This document shows, piece by piece, positions 1 to 12,936 of a DNA stretch of 64,000 nt. Made by a program: the position numbers and the translations under genes. This stretch comes from Felis catus (lineage: Eukaryota): assembly GCF_018350175.1 (NCBI RefSeq), contig NC_058368.1, positions 98,210,001 through 98,274,000 of the forward strand, written 5' to 3'. Every line of letters begins with the position of its first letter. The stretch's first letter is position 1. The notes below the pieces were generated by a model that saw only the letters and a list, made by a program, of their open reading frames with translations, searched no databases and had not been told where the DNA came from.

Positions 1-488
1 TATATGGCAAAGGTAAAGGGACTTTGCAGGTGTAATTAATATCCCAAATCAGTTGGCTTTAAGCTAATCAAAAAAAGTGATTATCCCAGGAGGGTCTGAC
101 CTGATCGATGAGCCCTTTAAAAGAGGGTTGAGAAGTCAGAAACTTCAAGTAACAACAAAATATTTCTCTTCTCTCCCTTCCTCCTCCTTCCCCTCCCTTC
201 ATTGCTTTGACGCTTTAAAGAAGCAAGTGGAGGTGAACTCTCCTGCTCCAAGGAAGTGAATTCGGCCAATAATCTGGTAGAACTGGGAAGCAGATCTTTC
301 CTTCAAAAAATCCCTCAAATGGGAATGCAGCCCACCACCCTTGAGCACAGCCTTGTGAGTCCCTACCAGAGGACCCAGTTTGGCAATGGCCAGACTTCCA
401 ACCCACAGGAAACGTTGGATAAAAATGTGTGTTGTTTTATCCCACCAAGTTTGTGGTAATTTATTATGCAGTCTACATAACTAATACA
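1..488 (+). mobile_element. MaLR solo LTR (MLT1E-like), truncated by the window start
   Basis: GGCAAAGG..GGGACTTTGCAG.TGTAATTAA near the 5' end and the typical MLT1 3' end TGTGTTGTTTT..CCAC.AAGTTTGTGGTAATTT.TTA..CTAATACA at about 428-488. Confidence 0.85.
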
Positions 489-499
489 TGAGTCCACAG

Positions 500-726
500 A
501 TGCTGTGTGACTAGAGCAACAAGGAGCAGTGGCAGATGTGCATATTGTGTGCATGTCTCTTTCCTCATACATATGCTCCATTGTCCCAGATGAATTTGCT
601 TACACAATAAAAGTTCAAGACAAAATTATTAAGAAGGCCAAATGAAGAGCAGCAGAGACTTAAGCCAACAATGGCCGCTTTTGATCATGAGACTCTTTGC
701 AATGGCACACTCATGAAGCTGGCCCT
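500..726 (-). mobile_element. hAT-Tip100 MITE fragment (MER45B/C-like)
   Basis: AAAATTATTAAGAA..GCAGAG..TTAA and terminal CATGAAGCTGGCCCT match the MER45 end; similar to the copy at 42560-42733. Confidence 0.6.
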
Positions 727-2023
727 ATCCTAATGGACAAGGACCCGGGACCAGGAAAGATTACATCCAAGGACAGGATAAGACATTTTGTACTACATGC
801 TCTTCCCCTCCCTCCTTCATAAAAGCGACACTGTCTGAGAGAGGGTAGTGAACATTTAGGAGAGCAATCTAGGTATCAGGCATTATCCTACTGATCTGTA
901 TATTGGCCACATCGTTTGTGGTTTGCACTGAATTTTATATTTAATTACTTCACTGCTTTCCCTTCCATAATCCCACAAATGAATCCCAAAGATTGCCAAA
1001 TTTATTATAAACAGAATTGCAAAACTGCATTTTTTTCCGAAATCCAGGTTAGAGAGTAAATACTACATCCCAGTGCCATTCCACTCATATCACAGCTCTT
1101 AAACTATCTTTTAATAAATTCTTCATAGTTAGACAACACCTTGAACAATTAATCCCCTTAACTCACTCTGTGGAATTGCTTTCAATCGTTTTTCTAAGAT
1201 GGCTTTGCCCCTAGAGACTCAATGAAGACAGAGATTGTTAGAAAAGATTCATTTAAGAATTTTAAGTAAGATTATCAACCTAACTTCATAAAACCAACAA
1301 TGTCTAAATGCCTGAGAGATCTTAAGATGCTGTCTTCCAGCTGTTCTGAGGATAGAATTTGTATAGAAGTTGTGTTCTCAAACTGCCTTGGCATTTGGAG
1401 AAAACATAAGTGCTAAGCTCTGAGCTATGTTATTCTCCCAAGGGAGAGAAAACAGCTGAAGGAAAGACATTCTGATGAAAAGTATGCCAACAACATTTCC
1501 ATCTCCAAACCTCTCTTTAGAGTTGCAACCTATGAGCAGCAGATCTTAGGTGGCTTGAAAAGTTACTCAAGTCTTTCTTTGACACTTTACTAAAAGTTGG
1601 TTCCATCTGCAACCAAAGTGAGGAGGCTTGGATCATCCCAAAGAGAACTCTAATTTCTTCTGCCTAATTTCTCCTGCCTTGGAGTCAACTTTTACTTTTC
1701 CTATTTGTGACATGTTTTCTTCCCTCGATTCAACTTCCCTTTATCAATACATCTCTGTTTCCTCTTCCATTACCGAACTCCAGATTCTAATAACTTCACA
1801 CCAGAATTGCTTCAATACCTCTTTGCCTTCCTAGAGTCCTTTTCTCTTCTCAGATATGTGATAGAACACTGCCAGAATAATCTCATGTCTAAATATGAGC
1901 AAAGCTAAGTTATGCATCAAAGTCTCCCCTCAACCTGGGCTCCTCCCATCTTTCATGCTTAGTGGTTTCCTATCCACTGAACATCAGGAAATAGTCCAAA
2001 AAGCCTAGCCAGGTTCTCTGGGA

Positions 2024-2056
<33 letters not shown>
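2024..2056 (+). repeat. (GAT)11 microsatellite
   Basis: Read directly. Confidence 0.97.
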
Positions 2057-2057
<1 letters not shown>

Positions 2058-2089
2058 ATTTTTGTAGAGAAATTTAATCCAATTACATA

Positions 2090-2340
2090 CTTTTGGATTC
2101 AACTAAACAAACATTTTTGAGTTCTCTATTGTATGCCAGGCACCATGCTTGACACGGGAGAGGCAATGATGAGTAAGACATGGACTTGCCTTTGAAGAGC
2201 TCTTTGTGTTTGGGAGGAGAGTTTAAAGTTCACTGCCACCATAATACATGTGCCAGTTCCTAGAGAGGATTATGCATAAAGTGATTTGAGAACACAAACA
2301 AGGCAAATAGTGGGAGCAATTTTAAAGAGAATGAACCTAA
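2090..2340 (-). mobile_element. L2 LINE 3' end fragment
   Basis: AACAAACATTTTTGAG..TATGCCAGGCACCATGCT..ATGATGAGTAAGACATGG matches the reverse complement of the L2 3' end. Confidence 0.7.
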
Positions 2341-2581
2341 GAAGATCATGAAAGAGATACAACAAACTAAGCCATTCGTTTATCATCCTTATCAGGAAAT
2401 TAGGGTTTCTATTCCTAAATAATATTCAACATAAGAATTTTTTTAAGTTCCTTTCTTACAATATTTACAAGATTGTGGTTTCAGTTTGAAGGTGATGGAT
2501 ATGTAAATTAGAGCGGAAGCAGCAAAGAGGGAAAGTGAGATGAACTGGTGTAATGAAGAAGTTATAAGACTGCTAATAACA

Positions 2582-2820
2582 GGCGTGCCTGGGTGACTCA
2601 GTCAGTTAAGTATCTGACTCTTGGTTTTGGCTGAGGTCATGGTCTCACAGTTCTTGAGATCAAGCCCCACATTGGGGCTGTGCTGACAGCATGGAACCTG
2701 CTTGGATTCTCTCTCTCTGCCCCCTGCCCCCACTTGCACACACTCACTGTCTTGCATACACTCACTGTCTCTCTCTCTGTCTGTCTCTCAAAATAAATAA
2801 GTAAACATTAAAAAAAAAGA
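2582..2820 (+). mobile_element. CanSINE (older subfamily)
   Basis: tRNA-derived head GCCTGGGTGACTCAGTCAGTTAAG, (CT)n, AATAAA and A tail; degenerate TSD AGACTGC..ATAACA; internal 18-bp tandem duplication at 2733-2768. Confidence 0.95.
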
Positions 2821-3608
2821 GAGAGAGACTGCGATAACAATATGGGAGAGAGTGAGAGAAAGGGATTAAGTTGGTGTCCAAGTTCTCATGTCTGAAGCCC
2901 AAGTCTACATGAGATCCTGATGGCAAAACACTCAGAACAGAGCCAGGGCTGGAGAAGGAGAAAGAAAGTGTAGCTGTTTTGGTATTCTGATTGAAGAGAT
3001 GTCTCTACTGGCAGCAGGCATTTATAGATGAGACCTAGAACATAGCGTTGGTGTATATTTGGGGACATGATAAAAAAACAGTAAGGAAGAGGTGCAAAAA
3101 GAACAGCAGGGAGCCAAGAATGGAATTTTAGGATTAATCCACCTTTGAAGTCAGCAGAATCTGGTGAAACCAAGGAAAGAAAAATAAGTAGAAGCAGCAA
3201 GAAAATTAGAAAAGAAACAACATAATCTAGGACCCACCAGTTGTATCAGGTCACTTTAAAATAAAGATTATGAATTATTCTGTGCTCCAGCCAACTCTAT
3301 CCCTAAGAGCACTTTTTGGCCATTCATTTTTTAGTGGTCATGGAAATTGGGGTTTAGCTTCTGATAATTTGTTTCAAAATGTGAGGCCGGGAATCTTGAG
3401 AGTACTCACAAGGGTATGTTTTCAATTATGAACTAATGATATGAGAGGAAATCTGATGAAATTCGCTATAATTCACTTACATTTTACTGAGAAAAATGGA
3501 GATACATGGCTTCTCTCCAAATGATTCGACTGCCTCCAGTAGCCACAGTGCTGTAAACTGCCACCAGCAAAACTTATACCTCAAAATGATCAAAATAAAA
3601 CATATAAA

Positions 3609-3756
3609 GGGGCACCTGGGTGTCTCAGTCATTTAAGCGTCCTACTTTGGCTCAGGTCATGATCTCATGGTTCACGAGTTTGAGCCCTGCATCATGTGGG
3701 CTCTGTGCTGACAGCTCAGAGCCTGGAGCCTGCTTTGGATTCTGTGTCTCTCTCTA
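3609..3756 (+). mobile_element. CanSINE, 3'-truncated (no tail)
   Basis: GGGGCACCTGGGTGTCTCAGTC head and body up to the start of the CT tract, then unrelated sequence. Confidence 0.92.
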
Positions 3757-4104
3757 AAGTTCCACATAATAAATATAGGTCTGTATTTAAAGCCAGTGTG
3801 GTTTACATTTTAGTCAAGCACAGGTCTCTTTCCTATATTAACATTGAAAGGACCCACCAAAAGTTGATGAATCCAAGCCTTAAAACTTCTTGCCTCCCAC
3901 TGATACTCAATATCGCAGGTTTTTATAAGCCCTCTCTGGGGCAGAGCCCTCAGCTCCACAGGCCACCAAAAGATGTTGACTTGGACTGGTCTATGCCTGA
4001 GGGGAAGAGTTCAAATAAATTAAACTCAAAACATGAGCTCTAGACAACTATAATGTAATCTAACCAATCTACACAGAAGACTATTACGATATTTTTCTTA
4101 AATA

Positions 4105-4320
4105 GGAAGTCATGGTATTTGGAGTCAAGACAGACTGCTATCCAAATTCTATTTCTGCTAGCTAAAAGTTATGTGACCTTGAAAATGTCAGATCTTGGTT
4201 TCCATGTATGAGAAATGGATGGTTGAATATAACTTACAGAGTCATTGGGAAGGTTAAATTAGGTGGCATCTGTAAATTATCAAGAAGAGGGCCTGCCTGG
4301 TACACATTTGCACTTTGTAA
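4105..4320 (+). mobile_element. MIR SINE
   Basis: TTTGGAGTCAAGACAGAC..TGTGACCTTG..GGTTTCC..ATGAGAAATGG core similarity. Confidence 0.75.
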
Positions 4321-4802
4321 TTGGGTGAGATTGGTTTTAAATAATAACATTAATTTTGTTTGATCTTCTTTCTTGACCACAATTTTATTGACTTGTGTTA
4401 GCAAGAAAGAGCACCATTTTTGTAATCTGACATTTTCAAGATTTCACATGATTAACACAATTTCCAGCAAACTGTTATGTTAATTTCTCTAGCCTTTATG
4501 ACCATCTATGATTAATGCTCTCATAGCTAGTACTAAATGTGATAATGTTATGAGTTCTGTAGTTTGAAGCATTATAAGTAGGGGAAAAATGAGATGATTT
4601 ATGCAATCAAAGACAGGTAGGACATCACATACTTGACCCTCATTCAAGAAATATAAAACAATTTATGATAGGAGTATAGGATTATTTAGGATAGAAAAAC
4701 ACAGCATGCAAAGAAAAAGAGCCTATACTTTTAAAAGGTTGTATGAAATTTAATTATGAAATAAAGCATGCTCATGAACTACATGCCTTTTTTTTTTAAG
4801 TC

Positions 4803-4960
4803 TGATGTGCCTCCAGGCAAGTCATGGACAGTCTCTGTGCCTCAGTTTCCTTGTCTGTCAAATGCCCATAGCAGTACTGGCCATGTAGGGTTTTAAGGTT
4901 CAAATAAGTTAATATATATAAGGTATGCAACTGCCAAGAATGTCATAATTTCTGAATCAT
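4803..4960 (+). mobile_element. MIR SINE fragment
   Basis: GGCAAGTCA..CTCTGTGCCTCAGTTTCCTTGTCTGTCAAATG MIR core. Confidence 0.75.
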
Positions 4961-5129
4961 TGTTTATTGTTATTCTTCCTTGAATTCATTAGGGTGCTGA
5001 AGGTAAACAGAAAACACTCAGCTGGGCTTACAAAGAGAATTTGATGTTGGAATAATGTGTGCCCCAGGGGTGGTGGGCAGGGAAAGGAATGGTAAGAAAT
5101 AGTGAAGCATCTGTGCACTGGCAAAAGTC

Positions 5130-5400
5130 AGAAGCCACTGTTACAAGGAGGCACACAGAGGCACGCCAGGGGCGGATGGTGTCACCATACATGGTTGTCA
5201 TAAAGAGATACAGAACCACAGCATAGAAAGAGGAGGAGAGAGAAATCTCTATTTTCAACCCACCACACCCAACAGGAAACCAGAGGGCAAGGAAGTCAGG
5301 GTACTGGAGTCCATAGGAACCAGCCTCTCAGGGCTCCAACTAGAGCAGAGGAGGTCAGAGAATAGATCTGAGGGGATGAAGGACTAACCAGAAACTACCA
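5130..5400 (-). mobile_element. Old MaLR LTR fragment (MLT1K/L-like)
   Basis: CCAACAGGAAACCAGAGGGCAAGG..GTCCATAGG..CAGCCTC..CAGGGC..AGAGCAG..ATAGATCTG resembles an old MLT1 LTR end. Confidence 0.55.
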
Positions 5401-5930
5401 AGCCCAAATAATAGTTGAATAATTCGATCAAACCCCTTATTCCTCAGGAAGAGTCTTAGCCAAAAGCCTGTATTTTGCTCACTGCATTCCTTCCTCAGCT
5501 CCTCATCCATGCCAAGTCTGTTTTTATTTTTAGGCAGAGACCTAGTGTGACAGCTGTGTCACATCTGATATCTTCTGGGCTTTTGATCAGTGGAGTGTAA
5601 GCCTTTATTTTGAGACATATATTTCTTTTTTGTTATTCCAAATCATAGTCAAGAAGAAGAAAATTCTTGATTATTAAATAAAATACCATAAGCCTAATAA
5701 ATCTATGTTGTCAATTTGTTCATGCAAAACACAGAGGTGTCAAAATCCAATGAGCCTTTGAACATTTTTGGTGACTGCTTAGCAAACAGAGCAGTGGCTT
5801 GCTTTATTTTGGGTCATTTTCTATTCTCTCCTCTTTAGGGTGATTCATGATTCCAAGACTCACTTCAAGCCAAAGAGTTTTATGTCCAATCAGCCAACAA
5901 CCTAAGTGGATCATTTTAAATCTTGTTATT

Positions 5931-6437
5931 TGGTAAAGACTCTCTGCTTAACAAAACTTTAGTCAGGCTCTTCTGATTTCTCTGTTTGGCACGGCTTGTT
6001 TTGGGGCTCTATCCTTGGACTATTTAGTCAAGTTTTAGTAAGAATCCTGCTAGGTTAGTTTAGCAAAAATCCCATACCCTTTATATCTAATAAAGTCCCT
6101 CACCACCAAGCTTGGTATCTGGCCACAATTGATATCTGATCAAATTCTTTATCCTCCACCCTGGATATCTTATCACCCTAACCTGCCTTTGGCTATAATC
6201 CTGTCAAGTCACTTTAGCCAGAATCCCTCCTTTATCCCTTGCTGTTTCCTCTTAGTAAATTTCCATTCACTGACCCCTACCCTGCTTCTTAATGATAAAT
6301 CTCCACTTGTCATTCTTGTATTCAGAGTTGAGCCCAATCTCTTTCGCTTCTACGAAACCCCATTATAGTAGTCTCCCTGAATCAGGTCCTCCTTAGCATT
6401 CTTTGACAAGTGTCGTGAGTAATTTTTTTCTGTGACA
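5931..6437 (+). mobile_element. ERV1 solo LTR (MER31-like)
   Basis: TG..CA termini; AAAGACTCTCT..AAACTTTAGTCAGGCTC, repeated AGAATCCTGCTA..TTTAGC..AATCCC..GATATCTGATC modules, TGTATTCAGAGTTGAGCCCAATCTC. Confidence 0.8.
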
Positions 6438-6767
6438 CATTAGCCGTCTCACCGAACTGATATATAAGTTTTTGTTTTATGTGTTAATAACTGTTATAAT
6501 TACATATATATGTGGTATTAAATGATGGTGGTGATATATAAACTTCTCAGGAACCTCTCAAATGAGACACTTAGGGAAAAACTGTAGAAGATTTTGAAAT
6601 GGACCAGAAAAGACTGTTGAGAGTCTTCAGTGGAAAACTATTCATTTCCTAGAGCACACCCTTCCTAATTATCTAATTCTAGTAGATATATGTGCCTTTC
6701 ATTGACTTTGAGCATTTTACAACTCTGTAAATTGTAGATAACTGACTGAAATAGAAATAATTCTCAA

Positions 6768-6982
6768 GGAGTGCCTGGGTGGCTCAGTCAGTTAAGCGTC
6801 TGTTTCTTGGTTGCGGCCCAGGTCATTATCTCATAGTTTCATGAGATTGAGCCTCATGTGGGGATCTGTGATGGTAGCACAGAGACTGCTTGGGATTCTC
6901 TCTCTCTCTGCCCCTCCTCTGCTCATGTGTGATGTCTCTCTCTATTTCTCAAAATAAATAAATAAATAAAGCATTAAAAAAA
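6768..6982 (+). mobile_element. CanSINE (older subfamily)
   Basis: GTGCCTGGGTGGCTCAGTCAGTTAAG head, CT tract, (AAAT)n tail. Confidence 0.95.
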
Positions 6983-7244
6983 GAAAGCATGATTCTTGAC
7001 CACAGGCTTGCAAATGAATTCTTAGTGTAGAGAGACACTCGACCTCCCCATTAGACTCTCTTGCAGGAAAAGCCAACATTTGCACCTTTGTAAGTTCATT
7101 AGAACATTCCTGATTACCTATATCTATACGATATTTTGAATTCTCCTTTAAGCCTGTTATAATATCTTTCCAGGTTTCCTTAATAATTAATGAGTCATTT
7201 GTGTGACTCGTATTTTATCTTTTTAGAAAAAAAATTTCTTTAAG

Positions 7245-7356
7245 AGGTATTATTAGTATTCCCTAGTTTTACAGATGGAGAAACTGAGGCTCAGAAAAGT
7301 TAGGTAGCTAGCCCACAGTGACACTGCTAATGATCTGAACTCATGACTGTTGAAGT
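7245..7356 (-). mobile_element. MIR SINE, interrupted by an LTR (appears to resume at about 7952-7980)
   Basis: TTTTACAGATGGAGAAACTGAGGCTCAGAAAAGTTAGGTA is the reverse complement of the MIR core. Confidence 0.85.
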
Positions 7357-7951
7357 TGTTAAAAAAGAAACAACAGCCCCTAAATGGAGTCACTTGTACT
7401 AAGCCCATCTCACCAGTCTGAGACTTAGTAGCTCACGTAATGGCATTTTCAACCTCTCCCAAGAATATAATCTTAACTAGTCAACCTAGAATTACCTGGT
7501 TGGCACTAATGAGGTAATCTGCCTGAGAGATACCTTACCTTGCCCCAATAGAAGGTGACCTTGACTGAAACGGTCAGCTTTTTGCCTGGAAAACTTTGTC
7601 CTGCCTGTAGGAGTGCAGCCTATGAAAGTCCTTTGTCCAGTTTCCTGAAGCCCCTTTCTGTATGCTAGACAGGATGTTGTCCAATGCATGGATCATTGTA
7701 TAAAGCTAATAAGATCTTTAAAATGCATTCACTTGGGGCACCTGGGTGGCTCAGTTGGTTAAGCATCCGAACTTAAGAGTTCCGAGCCCTGCCTTGGGCT
7801 CTGTGCTGACAGCTCAGAGCCTGGAGCCTGCTTCCTGTTCTATGTCTCTCTCCGCCCCTCCCCTGCTCATGCGGTCTCTCTCTGTCTCCCAAAAATAAAT
7901 AAATATGAAAAAAAAGGTAAAATGCATACAGTTGAATTTTGTTTTTAAACA
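7357..7951 (+). mobile_element. ERV1-class solo LTR with 4-bp TSD (AAGT), containing a CanSINE
   Basis: TGTTAAAAAA..TTTTTAAACA inverted termini; AAGT at 7353-7356 and 7952-7955; AAATGGAGTCACTTG U3 motif. Confidence 0.8.
7735..7915 (+). mobile_element. CanSINE with internal deletion, inserted in the LTR
   Basis: Head GGGGCACCTGGGTGGCTCAG; TSD AAAATGCATTCACT / AAAATGCATACAGT; the CAGGTCATGATCTCAC segment is missing. Confidence 0.93.
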
Positions 7952-8419
7952 AAGTCAAACTACATACTTTCCCCATACAATATAATTTTATTAATGTAAG
8001 CAAAACCACACAGAGTTTATGTGCTAGAGCATTTAACAGAACACTGGATCATATGCAGCAAGAAAACCCAACCAACTAATAATTACTACTGATTAGATAA
8101 TTAGTGACTAGAATTGCTAATTGCATTTCAACATAGTTGCTGTATGGTAATAAGAGCAAAAATAATAGTTTGGTGAAGCATAAACAAAGTAGCATAATGC
8201 AAATCTAGCCACCAGGCATGCCAGTAAATATCAGTTGGAACCTGAAGAAGTCCCAGGTGTAGTTTTCTTATCTCCACTGATTCCTAGGATTAGCAGAGAT
8301 GGTTAACTGATTTTGATTGGTTTCATACATAGAAAGGAAAAGAAAATTAAAAAAAAAAAGAATCAGAGAAGGAGGAAAAGAAAGAGGAGGAACAGCAGGC
8401 TTCAACATGTGATAAAGTA

Positions 8420-8590
8420 AAAAATTGCATATGCATGAGTCTTGAATTCTATTTTGCAATTCTGTGACACTGGAAAGTTACTTAATCTGACTCACGGGTC
8501 CTTTATATATAACATGGGCATAAGATCACCAAGCATTAAGGCATTAAGATAAATGAAATAGTGACTATAAACCATCTGGCAATGAAGTTT
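8420..8590 (+). mobile_element. MIR SINE (degenerate)
   Basis: TGTGACACTGGAAAGTTACTTAATCT..TATAACATGGG..AAGATAAATGAAATA. Confidence 0.55.
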
Positions 8591-10109
8591 GTTTTCAACC
8601 CATTTTAATCCCCTTTGCCCAACCCCACCCCTGCCCCACATCATTCCATAACCCTCCAAATACAGTGAAACAGCACACGAGAATTCACATTACTCTTTAC
8701 TATTAAGTAGTACCAGAGAGCAGACGGTGAGCCTGAATGTTCAAGTAGATTTTGTCTCCAATCTGCACCTGCATGTTATGAATTATCAATGACACATGTA
8801 CAAAACAAGTAATTTCAGGACTTCCGTTATGAATGTAATAAAAAATGTGTTTGCCTTTAAAGAAATCTAAGACAAGCAAATGCTATATGACTCAGAAGTT
8901 CCAAAGTTCCGATCTCCATCAAAGAGTGTCTGAAAGAAAGATTCATTGTGGTAACAGTGTGACATCCTGGAGGGACAACTTTTATGTTATGGTTATCTTT
9001 GTGAACAGCTGAGCTGACAAGCTAATATATAGTCTTTAAACCATTTAAGATGATACAATGCTCTGCATTTCCTCACATTGCTACAGTGTTTTTTTGTTTT
9101 TGTTTTTGTGGAGACTGGGCTGGTAGAAGGTTTTAAATCACATTCCCAATTTAGTCCATGGAGGGTAAGTGGTACAACAATGAGAACATCAATTTTGATT
9201 TTCCTAGCTTCTTCTGTCTTCCTCAGTGACTTCTCTAATTTTCCCTTCCCAACTCTTGCAGGATGTTTTACTCTCACGAATCCCTCTCTAACTTAAATAA
9301 ACATAGAAACTAAATAACTCTGAACCTGATGCAAACAGCCCCAGACTATCTTCATGCTATATACTAAACATTAAGTGTAAATGTAAAATACTAACTAAAG
9401 AAATTATTATTATATTTGAGTGGCCAATTCATAAATTTCCAGCAGCTGCTGTAAGGTAAATGGAGTTTTTTTTTTTAATCTTATAAAGGGAAAACGAATT
9501 GCCTTAAAGAGAACACAAAAGGAGAGCACAGATAATGAGGCATTTCCTGGACCTCTGGCAATTGAGTGAAGATTAAAAAGCCATCTTAGACACAAAAGTA
9601 TTAAACGTGAAACAGTTTCTTCTGTGCGGATGTCTATTTCAGTTTTGTTGTGATTAAGTGAGTTTGCACACATAACCAGGAGACCACCATAGGACAGTCT
9701 ATGGGTATGTGCAGACTGCATGGCCTATATCCATGTTCTCAGGCATCCTTGCTCATCTGGATAGTAAGGAGCATCCATCATACAGTCCCATCACCATCAG
9801 ATGCCAAGGGTCAGACTTCTGCCCTGGCACCTCTTTACCCAGTTCCTAAATACTGCACGAAGATCTATGGACACTTCCCCTGATGCTGGTCATACTCATA
9901 ATGCTGATCAAGGAATCAGTTAGTTCATACGCAGATATCCCAGCCATATCCAGGCAGAGTTAGTTCTGTAGACAAAATTTATCCCAGGAAATAACTGAGA
10001 TCAGAAAAATACAAAGTTCTAAGATTTAGAAAATAGCTGTACCTGCTAAGAGTGTTGTTTTTCTTAATTCACAAAAGATATGTCGATGTGTATTTTAATA
10101 GTACATCAT

Positions 10110-10699
10110 TGTTTATAGTGGCCTCTGTTTCAATTCCAGCCAGTCTGACATCAACTAGCATATTGAAACTCAGTTCTAGCACTATCTGGAATTAGTGTAA
10201 CCCCTATAAGTTGAGGGCTAGGTCCTCTGAAGTCTGCCCCTACTTCAGATGCCAGTGACAAATTCAAACAATCCTGAGGCCATCAGCATTATTGACAACT
10301 GGCTACAAGTTCGGTGGTTCCTATGACCCTCCTCACATTCAGTAATTGTCTAGAATAACTCACAGAACTCAGCAATGCTTTATACTTAGTATTACAGTAT
10401 CATGGGGTTACCTTATATCCTTGACCGTGAGTGCAATCAATCTCCAGTCCTCCACTTCTCCCTAAAGTTTAGGCTGGCTCAATGTCCCAACCCTCTAATC
10501 GTGTGATTACCTTGTGTCCAGCATCCTTTCTGAAGCTATCTAGGTACCACCTTGAGTCACCACATTAACATAAACTCAGGAGTGAACCAAAGGACTCGTG
10601 AATAACAAAGCCACGCTTATTACTCAGGAAATCCCAAGGATTTAGTCTCCCTGCCAGGAGCCCAGGGCAGAGGCCAGCCATATTCTTTATTGCACAACA
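10110..10699 (-). mobile_element. MER21-family LTR (internally deleted)
   Basis: CTGCCCCTACTTCAGATGCCA, ACTCACAGAACTCAG, CCCAACCCTCTAATC, CTCAGGAAATCCCAAGG and terminal TTTATTGCACAACA match the MER21 reverse complement. Confidence 0.85.
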
Positions 10700-11262
10700 C
10701 TGGGACATTCATAAGGGTTGTAATACCAAATGAACCAAAGACGAGTCCTGAATATGGAACTGATGATTCAGTAATGTATTGGGAAACATGTGATTTGTTT
10801 CTTCTGTACCAGAACAACAGATCAGCTTCAGTACTTAATTAAAACTGTTGGCTCTCTCATAGCCTATACTGTGTTTAGAAAATAGTGGGACTTACATCCT
10901 GAAAACTGAACTATTCACTCCAAGGGCACTAATACCATGTGAATGGGCTACCTAAGCTACATACATTTACCATTGTCATTTTCTTTGTAAGAGTCTATTT
11001 TGCAGTCTAAAAAATTCCTGATCCTTAGCCAAAAGGGCTCCTTCCCTAGGCACTGACAGGCTTAACGCCATTTTCTTAGTGTATCCATTTTACGATAGTT
11101 GATGGTCTGTAGCAAACAATGTGGCTGTGAAATCAAGGCAACAGAAAGGTGTCAATCATCTGATCACTTACTGCACCTTAGGATGGACAGGATGCCAATC
11201 CTTCCTAGCTATACTTTGTCTCAGATGCTTTCAGTATCTGTTCCAATTCACATAGAACGTAA

Positions 11263-11456
11263 GGGGTGCCTGGGTGGCTCCGTGGGTTAAGTGTCTGACT
11301 CTAGATTTTGACTCAGATCATGATTTCACAGTTCATGAATTCAGGCTCTGCGTTGGGTTCCATGGTGATGGTGTGGAACATGCTTGGTATTCTTTCTCCC
11401 TCTCTCTCTGCCCCCACACATGCATGCAACATCTCTCTCTAAAAAAGAAAAAAAAA
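11263..11456 (+). mobile_element. CanSINE (older subfamily)
   Basis: GGGGTGCCTGGGTGGCTC head, CT tract, A tail. Confidence 0.92.
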
Positions 11457-11469
11457 GGGGGGGAGGGAG

Positions 11470-11660
11470 CAAAAAACACTGGAGATAGAATTGCCAAAAC
11501 TGAAGGCTAAGTGCCAGCCTACACCACTCACTTTGAAAATTTTACTTAACCTCCCTGAACCTCAGATTTGTCATCTGTAAAATGAGGATAATGACAACAT
11601 CATAATCATCTTCTAATGATAAAATATGCTAATACGTGTGTGACTTTAAGACACTGTGGA
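11470..11660 (+). mobile_element. MIR SINE
   Basis: TTACTTAACCTCCCTGAACCTCAGATTTGTCATCTGTAAAATGAGGATAAT core. Confidence 0.8.
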
Positions 11661-12573
11661 AGATGAGGTTGTTAAAACAGTCAGAATCCTGATTTATGCT
11701 CGAAAGTCATCTTGTTTGATAAAACCCTCATTGGCATTTTCTCTGATATGCTGTGTTGGGAAACAATTTAAAATTTATACACATGCACATACTGCATTGG
11801 TCTTCTCTCTTGGCTGTAACTAAAGGCCATTTAGTGCCCTCAGTAGTTACATCCAAGGTAGGTAAAGATAGATATAAACCTAAAATGGTTCAAAAGTCGG
11901 CCAAAAGAAACCCAAACACTGTTCAATGCTCCTATCTCAGGCTTATCTTCTTATCTGTACACACAGATGAATGGTTCTCCATGCTAAGTCAGGTACTTCA
12001 ATTTGCATCCTAAAAAATGCCAGACCTGTCCCCCATACCCCCGATAGCTTACGTAAAACATTCAGAAACACCAAATATTTACATTTAGATCATTCTCCAG
12101 ATTTCAATCTAGGATTAAAGAGCCATGTGGTTCCAAAGCAAGGGCTGGATGAGATGATTCATATTTGAGAATGGTAGTCACCCAGTGGTTTTAATCTTTA
12201 ACTCATGCCTCCTTCCGTGCTTCCTCCAATAACTTGTGTGTTCCTACTAGCCAAATCTATTTATAAAAATCGTTGCTTTCTGTTGTTGGCAGATTATAAT
12301 CAATATATGTTGAATATGTTTGTTCACATTGTATACACTATCTCCATCTACTCCCTCTCATAAGACAGGCTGTTTGCCTATCGCACTTCATCTGCCTCCG
12401 TCTTAAATTTACCAGATTCTCTAATCCTAACTCCTAAAACATATTCTTTTACCTTCTAATGAAAATGCTTCCACAGATTTGTGTTAATATCATATTCACA
12501 ATTTCTGACTTTTGAATGTATATATATCCTAAAAAAAAAAAAAAGTTGTGGTGCATTTTCCTTCTCTCCTCAA

Positions 12574-12891
12574 ATATTGTGTGCCTGTGAGTGACTGGTA
12601 TTGTGCTAGGAATCAGGGCACAATGGCAAACAAAAATGCATGAACCTGGTCCCCATGAAGCTCGCTTTCTGTTGGTGAAGGTACACACGCAACTCTATAA
12701 AGTAACTTGATTTTAAAAATGAGCTGGGGCGCCTGGGTGGCTCAGTCAGTTCAGCATCCGACTTCAGCTCAGGTCATGATCTTACCGTTCCTGAGTTTGA
12801 GCTCCACATCAGGCTCTCTGCTGATGGCTCAGAGCCTGGAGCCTGCTTTGGATTCTCTGTCTTCCTCTCTCTCTGCCCCTCCCCCACTCGT

Positions 12892-12936
<45 letters not shown>

